A stretch of DNA of 63,128 nucleotides, filler included, from Reticulomyxa filosa (taxonomy: Eukaryota > Protista > Foraminifera): NCBI GenBank assembly GCA_000512085.1. It is 16 parts of 16 records of this genome, joined end to end, with 100 filler letters (N's around TTAATTAATTAA, not from the genome) between each part and the next. Parts side by side here need not be neighbours in the genome. Positions count along the whole stretch, not along the records: positions 1 to 20,782 come from ASPP01008639.1; 15 more parts are not named here. One strand, written 5' to 3'. The notes under the pieces were generated by a model. That model was given only the letters and a program-made list of their open reading frames with translations, was not told the origin of the DNA and ran no database searches. Positions 1 to 11,121 of this stretch are shown piece after piece. The translations under genes were made by a program, and so were the position numbers. Each line of letters starts with the position of its first letter. Within the stretch, counting starts at the first letter, position 1.

Positions 1-378
1 AATATTCTCTGACCTGCCAGATCCAGCTTTTCTTTTAAAGTTTCATTACACTTATATGACGACAGCCAAATCAAAGCTATGCTTACACTAAATTTCTTTG
101 CTACAGATCAAATGCTAACTCCACCAACCAGCATACCAACAGAAACTCTTTTCTTAAAAGCAATTAAATGTTTCAATATTTTAAATATCGAAATGTCAAT
201 TAAAAATCTCAACAATAAAGAAAATTAGCAAAAAAAAATTTTAATATTTAAAAACTACAATATTAGTATATATATTTTTTAAAAAAATTAGTTTTAAATC
301 TTTATTTTTCATGGAGAAAATTGATTCTCTTCATATAGTGCCATTTAGGTATGGCGGATTTTTTTGCAATATACTGTA
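1..378 (-). mobile_element. Degenerate Tc1/mariner (IS630-Tc1) DNA transposon end: terminal repeat plus N-terminal HTH remnant
   Basis: Minus strand begins TA|CAGTATATTGCAAAAAA at 378 (TA target site plus CAGT terminus typical of Tc1). Minus 160-1 translates KKRVSVGMLVGGVSI*SVAKKFSVSIALI, then by frameshift KRKAGSGR, resembling the Tc1 HTH and GRPR-like linker. The same end recurs at 37475-37518 and 51040-51117. Confidence 0.6.
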
Positions 379-1099
379 TTCATATAATACATAAATTAAT
401 GTTATATTTTTTGCATAAAATTGTTTTTTAAAAAATTCAATAAAAAATATGTAAATCTACCTATATGTATAAATATTCTAAAATTAATAACATATATAAC
501 AAAAAAATATTTGTACATATTAATTATGCAAGCTGTAAATTCAATATATATCTGTTGCGTTGGTTTCAGCGCTTGTGTTGTATTTGTTTCCCGAACAGAC
601 GTTGGAAAGGAAGGCAATAGGGTATCTCATGGGGAATATCTGAGCAAAAGAGCATCTGTTGAGATGGATAATCGATGATCGGTCAAGCCTATCCCATTTT
701 CAAGGAAGGCGCACAATGGCCAATTGGTTTGTACTCCAACAAATAAAGTGGTGTGCTCGTTCAAGGGGTTTGAAAAAGTATTGAACAACAAATTAACCAA
801 AATATCTCTAAAAAACTAAACAATAAATTTAGTCTTAAACGCTGTTTTTGGACTCTTCAAAATTTTGTAAGTAGTTGTTGACGCAGAAAGAAAATAAAAA
901 TCAGGCTTATTAAGAAGAAATAAGTAAAGAAAACCAAAAATTAATGATTTTCTGCATTCGATACATATTGTGCAAATTTTTATGTCATGTGATACGCTCT
1001 CATGAACATATAAATTAAGGTATATTGTAGTGTTGCGCAGGTGTACAATGCAAGCAGTAAAAGTGATACTATAATATGTACTGCTGATAAGCAACATTA

Positions 1100-2575
1100 T
1101 CAACATGAATGGTTTTGTGTGTTCCCAGGTGTAACATCGTGCTTTTGGTCAATGCTAGATGTTTTTTTACAACCACCAAAAGATTCTTCATATTTTTTAA
1201 ATCCAATTTTCATTGAGGTGCCAGAGCCATCTTTGGTTTCCATTTTAAGAAGAGGATCCAATGCATCGAAATTCGAAGCTTTTGCAAAGGAAGAGGACAA
1301 GAGAGCGAACAATGGAAAGAAAATAATTTGATGTTTGAGACACAAAACATATACCCCTCATTGAGTGTTATGCATGGTAACGAGAACACACGAAGAGCAC
1401 CAGTGGTTTTGCAAAACTGGAATTGAGGGTATCTACTTTCTTTCGACTACCTTTCGGCGATCGAGCCGTTTTATTTTTTACTCCGGATAAGTCCGCAGCA
1501 TGATAGGCATAGTTGGCTAATGCTGCAACAAACATCATCTCCAAGCAAAATAACACGCCAGTCCAACGTGATGCACAATTCTCGCCAGATTGATCATGGG
1601 AGTCGTCGATCACTTGGATTTCCACCAAAAAATCTAATAAAATACATTTATTTGTTGTCATTGTTTGTGCGGTTTACAAAAATAAGGATTTGAAATACTC
1701 CAAAAAAAAAAAAAAAAAACAGAAACAAACCAATGACGGTTTGCTGTATTTGCAAGAGTGGTGCCAACAATTGAATAACGGCGAGTTTGGCTCTGTATCT
1801 CTGCATTCCTGACAAATTCGAGAGTGTGTTTGTAAAACATGAAATTGCTTGGGCTGGAACAATGGTACAGAGCATCACTAACATTCGCACAATCAGCAAT
1901 AAAGCTTTGTTCTCGTCATCTTTGTTTTCTGCCAATTGAACAAAGGACTGTGCATATGCGACAAATGGCTTCACGAAAATTAGATAACAAAACCATTGTC
2001 GATATTGCATACCATTCCATGCATTGTCTCTCATACAACAGCCACAGAGTCTCTTTTTCCGTTCACAACGAGGGAATCCACACTGGTCATCTGAATCCAG
2101 TTACAAGAGAGAAGAGGATTGAAAAACGAAGGGGAAAAAATATATTTATTTATTTATACGTACTGGATTCCCCACATATATGTACACATATTTATTTTTT
2201 TTTTAAATATTGTTTGTTTTGTTTTTGATACTTTTATTTCGTAGTATGCTTTGCACAGCTTTTTTCCCGCCGCATGATACGTACATCAATTGAATAAACC
2301 ATAAAAAAATTTAGAGCTAACACTATATTGGCACTTGGGAAAATCCAACGTCCTTGCGAAGGATTTTTCGCTCCATAACCTCCCACAGCACTTATTAGCA
2401 ATGGGATAATGGTGTTCAAATAAAAAAATCTTCGAAGTCGGATTTGGCTGTTATCATCCTTATCAAGTCCGTAGCGACGGAAACCCGTATATAACGTGAA
2501 TAAACTCACCGTTGTTATCAACAATGTTACACAAAATGATAAAAGCAAGATGATGTTAAGCCATAATTCTGTCAT
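1100..2575 (-). CDS. Organic solute transporter alpha / TMEM184-like multi-pass membrane protein (multi-exon)
   Basis: Hydrophobic segments across ORFs 2234-2575, 1648-2034 and 1368-1661. Motifs GMQYRQW..VKP and GVLFCLEMMFVAALANYAY resemble the family motif LICxEMxxxAxxxxYAF. The last exon (1100-~1280) is less certain. Confidence 0.6.
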
Positions 2576-3198
2576 CCCTGCCTTATTGTTGTCATAATGC
2601 TTGTCGTTATTGCCTTTGCTCTTCCACAGAACAAAGACAACTTGTACTTACCTCAAAGTTCCACATTGATAAAACAAGACAGAAAAAGTTAAAGATCTTT
2701 TAAATGCAAATGGAAACTGCAAATCCTCATCAACTTCACACAAATTATTATGGCAGGGGATTTTTTCCGTGAAGGAAAAAATCCCTTTCAGCCAGGACGT
2801 TTGTTTGGAATTTTCTATTTCGAATTTTACGTAAGAATGAATATAAAATCATTTTTTGTAACTGGCTTGTATGACCATCTTCTGAGTTATTAAAAAGATT
2901 TTTGGAATTATCAGAACGGAAAAAAGAAATTAAACGGCGACAGATTGGGCAATACAATCTTGGAAACCAACACTCAGCAAAATCAAAGACACAATAAGCT
3001 ACACAAAACGAGCACAACGTAATATAATTTAAAAACCAACATTTAGGATGTTACGCTAGTTTTTCGATTTACCTTCATTGGAAAAGAACACTGCCATTTG
3101 TGTCACAAAACCTATGATAGTGCCCTTTCTCAGACCGAAGAAAAAAAAGGAAAGAAAAAAGGAAAACGGGAAAAAAAAGGGGGAAAAAAAAAAGTATG

Positions 3199-4847
3199 TC
3201 AATGCATCATTTTGACATTGTCAAGCACATTTTTTCAAAAGCAAGCCAGTAATTGTCGCGAATAAGTTTTTTGATTTCCTTGTAAACAAAATCAAACATA
3301 TCTGGAGGAACAATAACTTCTTCTCCTCGATGAAATCTTGCGTTCAATTCTTTTACGTTCTTAGCGCACTGCAAAAAAAAGTTTTTTCTTTGTGTCCTAT
3401 CTCACTTCTCTCTCTCCAACAAAAATACAAACAAACCTCTTCTCTCATCTCGTATGAAATATTAATTTCAAAAGGTTCTCCAGGTGTCATACAACAATCG
3501 ACCATTTTTCGTGCAATAACTAATCGTTGTTTGTCGCTCATTGCGTATTCAAATTCTAAGTAAATTTTTAAAAACCACACGTATTCACTACAAGAATGAA
3601 CTTCTAAAAAACGACACAAGTATTGAAATCCGGTTGGATCATGAATGGTTTCCTCCTGGCTGTTCAGCCACTTCATATCACTTTTTGTTGCCTCTGACAT
3701 TGAAAATTTCATACAAAATTGTGGTAATTGATCCAATCCAAGGCCCATCATAAAGCCCATAGTTAATGTGAAAATTCTATCCATGCAATAGCGTACTGTC
3801 ACCGTATACGCCGACTCAAAAAATTCACCAAGGGCACCGTGTAGTACGTCCTTAGTTGCAATAAACAAAAATTTTTTTTTACGTATACTTAAAATTTTTT
3901 TTTTTTCCCCTCTCCGATTACCACAAAGATTTGATAATATTCTGGTTTCACGCCAATACTTTTGTGCATTGACGACAGTTTTCCCAATTTCGAATAGAGA
4001 GATGGCTCGTTAGCATGAAAAGATTCAAGAACCCATGTTATCTTTTTTTTACACAAACAAAAACACACAAAAAAAAATAATGCCTTTCTTTTGTGTGTTT
4101 TTGTTTCTCTTTTTGGTGACCTCTTTATTTCGCCTACCATTTTCATACATGTACATCCCATATTGTTGGCACCGTGTCTTAGCAACAGTTTTTTAGCAGA
4201 TGGCATCTATAGTGTAAGAGATACCGCATGTATGCTCAACCATGAAACTTGAAGACCCGTTTCGAAAACGTTTTGTAAAAAAAACAAAAACAAAAAAAAG
4301 GTATAATTAACTTTAATAAAAATTTTGGAAAAAAGCAATATTTGAAACTCCTATTTGAAAAGTGTTATTAAGTTTGATGTATTAGTTTCAGTTGGTCGAT
4401 TTCTCTCTCTTTGTGTGTTATGGTCTATCACCGTGCACTCTCATCTATCCTTAAAAAGTTAACTTCTTTTCGCCGAGGTACTAAGGCATTAATGTGCTCT
4501 GACCAAAAGTTGTACGCATGGCTAATTGTTGATTCCTTTATGAACACTCCCACTATGCGATCATCGGATTTTGAAGATGTGGACTCGGATATATCCTCCA
4601 ATTCTTGAATAAATGTTCCTGGCGAAGATAACACCATTTTTGACGAAATTCCATTGTAACTTTCACTTTGCTTGTCTGTTAACACCAGTTTATTGCTCGA
4701 TGTCGGTTCTAGCTGCAATGACTGTCAGACCGAAAAAACATAAACAATTTAAAACTGCAACACTCTAACATACAAAATTAAGTTAACTTTTCTGGCCATA
4801 TTCGTAGTAATATCTGAATTGATCACCTTTGGCTGTTTATTTCCCAT
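3199..4847 (-). CDS. Globin-RGS domain fusion protein (7 exons)
   Basis: GT-AG splicing gives MGNKQPK...TISHAYNFWSEHINALVPRRKE|EFQILLFSKIFIK|MPSAKKLLLRHGANNMGCTCMKM|ITWVLESFHANEPSLYSKLGKLSSMHKSIGVKPEYYQIFV|DVLHGALGEFFESAYTVTVRYCMDRIF (3/3 globin pattern, F8 His at 3964-3966). It continues ETIHDPTGFQYLCRFLEVHSCSEYVWFL...RLVIARKMVDCCMTPGEPFEINISYEMREE|CAKN...PPDMFDFVYKEIKKLIRDNYWLAF (RGS pattern). Stop at 3199-3201. Confidence 0.85.
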
Positions 4848-5548
4848 CTTTGTGCTCGTTAACCAAATGATTAAACTTAAAAAGTTTTTGAGAACTCCTT
4901 ATGTATGAATTCCAACTTTCACAGCGTTCAAAAGTTTCCAGCTACAAAAACTTTTTTCTAAAAAAAAGTTACACACAGTGCCAACAGTTTTTGTTTCAAG
5001 ACTATAATAATATTAATTTTAAGTCAAAAACTGACATTGATGTCATTTGTCGTTTTTTGTTACTTTCCTCAGTGGCAGCTCGTTAGTATTTGCGTTTGAG
5101 TATAATGAAAAAATCAAAGGTAAAAGTAATTGATATTTGTTTGAAATATTAAATTTTTGTTATCATGATTTTCTTGTTGTTCATTTTTAGAAATAGCCAA
5201 CGAAACTTGATTCAATAAAAAATGCTAAAAACTTTAAGTTAAAAAAAATAAATGAAAAAGATGTTTTGCTTTTCCAGTGAAAATTAAAAAAGTAAAGATA
5301 AGCAAGCGTGTTCTTCAACACAATCAAACAACATTTCTTCAATTTTTTATTATCAAAGTTATTTTTGCACTGTTCATGAGAATGATGTTACAAAAACTCT
5401 TTTAAAATACGAATATTCATAACAAAAAAGTAAATTTTTAAATTTCAGGAAATGATGTTCGTGTGCTGAACTAAGAAAAATTATTTTTTTCCAAGTAAAA
5501 TCGAATTAACAGAATCGCCATACATACTAACAAATAAGGAAATTGTAT

Positions 5549-8500
5549 ATGCTCACAAGGTCATCGTTTAGAAAGCGTGTAAACTTTCAAAATGATACAA
5601 AAAACATTTGATATATAATTTAACAAACAGCGAGATAAAAAAACAAATAAAAAAAGAGGCATCAATAAACAAAGGATATCCGAGATCATACTATATTTTA
5701 GATGTTTTGATCAGAGACCGCCTCTGTTTGGCTGCTTTTTGGAAAAAACTCAGTCAAAAAACTCTTCCAAACAAGTCAAAAAAGGGCTATCCATGTCAGA
5801 CATTCGAAGCGCTTTGCGAACTCGTAGGCCAATTTCGTATGATGAACGAGCACAAGACAGAGAATTTGAAAGGAGACTTCGCTTGTTAAATGGCATTACT
5901 TCACACAGTGCACGTAAACGTTCTCGACGTGAGTTTGCAGATGAAGGAGCGGATTCTGAGCCAGCTTTGAATGATATCTCCCCTCCACAGACAAAAAGAA
6001 AGAGAAGTTTGTTATAAATCTCAATTTAATCTCGAACCCAATGATTTTTTTTTTTATCCTCTCAAAAAACACAAAGCAAAACGAAAAAAAGCATTGAAAG
6101 AAAGTTGGTCTATATTTGTACAGACACTAATGATTTGAATGACAAAGCGCTCCGTCGATCGGTGCGACTTGCAAAAAGTATGAATTCAAACTTGGAGTGT
6201 TTTTGATTGGAGTGAGAAACTAAAAAAACAAACGAAAAAAAAATAGTCGAAGAAATGAGACAAAAAAAACAATACACTATAAATATTGGAATAGTGCAAA
6301 GCAGCACAAAATGGACCCCGGATGAAGAGGATTCAAATCATACAAAACAGCAAACAGAAGTGTGTTGGGAAAGAAAAAAAAAAAAAAAAAAAAGGGAAAA
6401 CAGTACCAATCAAAGTAAAATAATAATGATAAAAAAAATAAAAATAAAAAAGAGTGCTGAGTCGAATAACGATGGTTCAATTGATATATCGACAGACAAT
6501 GACATGAATCACGACGAAAATGAAAAAAATGGAAATGAAGAGAGCGAAAAAGAAAACGGACACCAACGAAAACGGCCGAGAAGACATCAAGAACAAAAAA
6601 AGGGAGAAGAAGGAAAGAACCTAGAACAAAAACAAGAACAAGAACAAGAACAAGAGCAAGAAAAAAAACAAGAACAAGAACAAAAACAAGAACAGGGACA
6701 AGAACAGGAACAGGAACAAGAGCAAAAACAGGAACAGGAACAAGAGAAGAACCAAGAACAACAAGAAAAAGTTCAAACTCAAGAAGAGGAGGAAGGAGAG
6801 GAAGAAAACAGTTCGTATGGTGTTAACAAAATACGACAATCGAAACGACTGAAAAATAAAAATCAGAAAAGGTATATTTTTTTTGTATGTTTGCATTTTG
6901 CAATATAATAACAAAAAAAAAAAAAAAAAAAAGGGTTAGAATTAGTCCGTTCTTAGTTTTTCATTTTTTTTTTTTTTTGGCTGAATGTGTGAAAAAAAAG
7001 ATACTTTGAAGCAAAGAAAAACCAATTGATGGCAATAAAGAAAGACAATGACAACTTGCCAATAGCCCTTCGTCGAAACAAACGCACCACAAAAAAGCCT
7101 CAAAATAATACATTGCAATACAAATCGATCCCGTACCAGAACAATGTGTCCGCGGACGAAGACGATAATGGAAACACTTCAAGTTCAACCGACGAATGCT
7201 TTGAACTACGGCAAGCAAGGAGAATAGCAAGGGATCGCATTCAAATCAAACCTATCAACATGCATGAACTTGGATTGTACAACGAAGATATGGCACCCAG
7301 TTTTGTTACGTTTAGCTTTTTTTTTTTGTCTACAAATGTCTTTCATTTATTTGTGTTGTCTTCTCTTCAACAAACGATTGCAATATTTGAAGCATTGCTA
7401 TATGTGCCTTGATAGGTCATAAGAAAACAACAAGTGCAGATATTACCCCAATGGATATTGATTTGAAGTTTTGTTTTTTTTTTTTTTTTTAACACATTTT
7501 ATATATACATACACATATATGTGTGTATGAATGTACATGTGTAATGTGTCTATGTGTTAAATACAGCGTGGATTGGACAATGGTCGGTGGATTGGAACAT
7601 CACATTGAAAAGTTAAAAGAAATGGTTGTATTGCCGCTTTTATATCCGAAAGAGTTTGCACAGTTCCGAATGAGCCCACCCAAAGGTGTCCTGTTTTATG
7701 GCCCTCCAGGCACTGGAAAGACTTTGGTCGCGCGTGTGTTAGCAGCTCAAGTTTAAAAAAATCACTAACTTTGTCACCCAATCAACAAATCAACCAATCA
7801 ATACAAATTTTTGGGGTTGTCTTTTTTTTTTTTTTTTTTTTTTTGGTGAAAATTCTACCAATTGGCTAGTGCTCCCGCCCAGGACAAAAAATGGCATTTT
7901 ACATGCGCAAAGGCGCGGATTGCTTGAGCAAATGGGTTGGTGAAGCAGAAAGGCAGTTGCGGCTTCTCTTTGATGAAGCTCACAAACACCAACCCGCCAT
8001 TATTTTTTTTGATGAAATTGACGGATTGGCCCCTGTTCGATCATCGAGACAAGACCAAATTCACTCCAGTATTGTGTCCACGCTGCTGGCATTGATGGAC
8101 GGTTTGGACTCACGGTATTTTATGTATTTCATTGATGTGACGTGTCATGTCGACACTCAATATTGTACGATATACACGTCATTTTGTTTATATGTGTGTG
8201 TGTGTGCCAACACTTGTCAAGTGGACAAATTATAGTAATTGGCGCAACTAATCGACCCGATGCCATTGACCCTGCTTTGAGGAGACCAGGACGATTTGAC
8301 CGCGAATTGTGTTTCACATTGCCATCCAAGCAAGCTCGCAAGCGCATTTTGCAAATCCACACACGCACTTGGTAACTTTGTGTGGCTTCCATTTCTAGAG
8401 TCCTTTGTGTTGTCTTGTGTGTGTGTGTGTATATGTATATGAAGTTTTGTTTTTTTATCCAAAAAAAAAAAAAAAGGCCTCAGGCAACCGACAAAGATCT

Positions 8501-10815
8501 CTTGGACGATTTGTCCAGAGAAACGGTCGGGTATTGCGGTGCAGATTTGGAAGGATTGTGCAGAGAAGCATTCTTGATTTCCGTGCGTCGGACTTTTCCT
8601 GAAATTTACGTGTCCAACACAAAGTTGCAAATTAACACGGGATTGTTGAAAGTAGAAAGACAAGATTTTGAACAGTTTACTTATTTGTATATGCATTTAT
8701 ATATTTATATATTTTTATAGTATCATCCGTCTTATTACTTCAAATCTTGCTTTCTTCTCTGCTTTGAATGTGCTGAACATCAGGGCTTACAAAAATATAG
8801 TTCCCTCTGTACATCGCATTTCCCTAGTGTACGCTCAAGCCCTGCCAGAGTTAATTCAACCTTTGCTGCAGAATGAGTTAGAGGGTATGCAAATGAAAAA
8901 AAAAAAAAAAGATTGAGGTAAATGCAACAGGTGTTGAAAAAAAAAAAAAAAATAAATGATAATGTCAATGGAAGAAATTGGTCGTGATATCCACAACCTA
9001 ATTGGACTGACGAAAAACGAACAATCTTCACAGAAACATAACAAATGTGTCAAGTACGTAATTTATGGGGATAATGAGACATATGGACAAACTATGTTGG
9101 GATGTGCTGTTTTGCATATGCTGGAGGAATATTCCACTTATTCTCTCGACCTGCCGTCTTTGTATGGAGACTCGACTGCCCGCAGTGCCGAAGGAGCTTG
9201 TCTGCAAGCGTTTCGAGAGGCCACCTGTAACGCGCCGGCCGTCTTGTTTTGGCCACACATTGTTTTGTTACTTTTCTTTGGTTCAAGGAGTACGAACCTA
9301 GAATGACGCAACAACAAATCATAACAAAAATAGGATCGATGGTGGCAAACCGCACACAAAGCATTGCGCACTTCCGTGTCCTTACTTGTTCGTGATGTTT
9401 CAACTTACTCGACTATCTTTCTGTTGGTAACGGCTGACTGCACATTTCAAGTTTGATTTTTCTTTTTTTTTTTTTTTTCCTTCCTAAAAAAAAAGTTTTG
9501 TTATTTGATGATTTATTTGAATGGGGGGGGGGGATCATGAACAGAACTTGAACGAAGAGTTGCGAAGTATATTACAGGATGCATCTCAACACAGTGTGAA
9601 AAAAACGTACAATGAAGATCAATTGAAAAACTTTTGGAATCAGCTTGCTACTTACTGTCGTGAAACACCGAGGTCTAAACCCGTGTCTGTTGAGTCACAC
9701 TCGATACTGCCTGCCACTGCCGCACCTTCCCGTTTCGTTTGTCTCTTGATACAATCTCACGTGTATTTCCATTTTGCTTTTCCAATGATACATATGTTGT
9801 ATATTTATACATGTACATATATGTATGTATATGTAATTATATGCGTGTTTGTGATGTTGCTACAGTGCCGTCACACGAAGTGGAAAAAAAAGATTACACA
9901 TTTGAAAATAAAGACATAACCAATCTGCGTTGTTACATTCGGTCGGTGTGCAGTCGACTGTGTAAACAATTTGTTCATTTTGTTGAACCCATACTCAAAA
10001 AAGATCAACTTACCTTGGTTACCATTCGCGAGAATCACAATCAACGAGACATTCCAACTGTCAATGCTTTTCTTGAGGACATTGACCGATTGGTTGACGA
10101 AATTAAAGTTTCTGTTTACTTTTATTTTTCCCCCTTTGCGTTCCATTCATCTGGGACAACTTCAAAACATTTTTTTTTTTTTTTTTCCGAATAGCAATTA
10201 ACTAATCCTCAATTCTTGAAAGATAGATTACTTTTAAATGAAGCATGTTTGTTACAAGATACAGCGCTATCAATGGTTTATCAAGTTGATCGAGGCTTGG
10301 CAGACAGATGCCTAATGATGGAACAAGCCGCAAAGGAACGTAAATTAAACAAACTCAATCCACGAAATTATTGCTCGACTATGTACAGCAACTCATCAAT
10401 CCTACAAGAAAACAAAACTGTTAGTAATACTTCACCTCCTTGTACTGACCTTCGGCCGCAAGATACAGATACCCAGGTCACATTCAAGGAAAATACGTTG
10501 TCTGAAAATATCAACTTAGAAAAAGTTCCTGACATTGCCACGAAAGCAGATTTACATTGTTGTGAAAATTTTGATAACGTGGATGATGTAACACTTGAAA
10601 AAGATATCTCGCAACATTCTTCTAATGTTCTTGAATTGGATAATGAGAGATTACAGAATATAATTAACAAGTTGGTTCAAATAGCTTACGGACATCACAT
10701 CAATTTTAATGACTTGCAAGACCAAATGTATCAGTTACTGAAAACTGTTTACAAGCACAGTTATGAATGGAATAAAGACGAACTGTTAGAAGATTTGGAA
10801 AAAACGTTCAAATGA
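5549..10815 (+). CDS. ATAD2: ATAD2/Yta7-family AAA+ ATPase histone chaperone with divergent bromodomain (multi-exon; start approximate)
   Basis: [22 protein letters not shown], Walker [34 protein letters not shown], Walker [44 protein letters not shown], a degenerate second AAA module and a C-terminal bromodomain-like segment. Confidence 0.95.
6620..6800 (+). repeat. (GAACAR)n low-complexity repeat encoding an EQ/KQ tract in the ATAD2 N-terminal region
   Basis: Tandem gaacaa/gaacag/aaacaa units translating [10 protein letters not shown]... Confidence 0.85.
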
Positions 10816-11121
10816 ATAATGAAAGCCTTAAGCAAATTTTGCGTTACAAATGCCCGGTTGTCGTTGTTTTTTGTATTGTCTTTGTGCTGTTGCAGCATTT
10901 ATTGTGTGGTTATTTGTTTTTCCATCCTATTTAAGATATATCACATCACACAACATTGCAAAACAATGACATAATACATATTTTTTTATGTTTTCTTTTG
11001 CGGCAAAGTCTGGCAATCACGACTGGTCATGAAAACAATTTTTTTGAGGTTTTTTCGTTCAGTGAACCCCAGAGACAGGGACCATATTAAAAAAAACCTG
11101 CATTTAAAACTATTTTTCACA

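Noticed and set aside
520-790. Relatively GC-rich island with a short similarity to 1045-1085 (atgcaagc.gtaaa)
   Set aside because: No recognisable protein or RNA motif in any frame, and the match is too short to support a call.
1100-4847. Functional coupling of the TMEM184/OST-alpha-like gene with the adjacent globin-RGS gene
   Set aside because: Adjacency alone is weak evidence in a eukaryote, and each gene has its own start and stop.
6621-6914. Hydrophobic antisense ORFs (LFLFLF..., LVVLVELA...) that look like membrane proteins, also at 32126-32792 and 31360-31941
   Set aside because: They are reverse-strand shadows of EQ- and Q-rich repeats.
8885-8960. Apparent frameshift or programmed slippage at poly-A runs in ATAD2
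   Set aside because: More simply explained by a short intron plus homopolymer length error.
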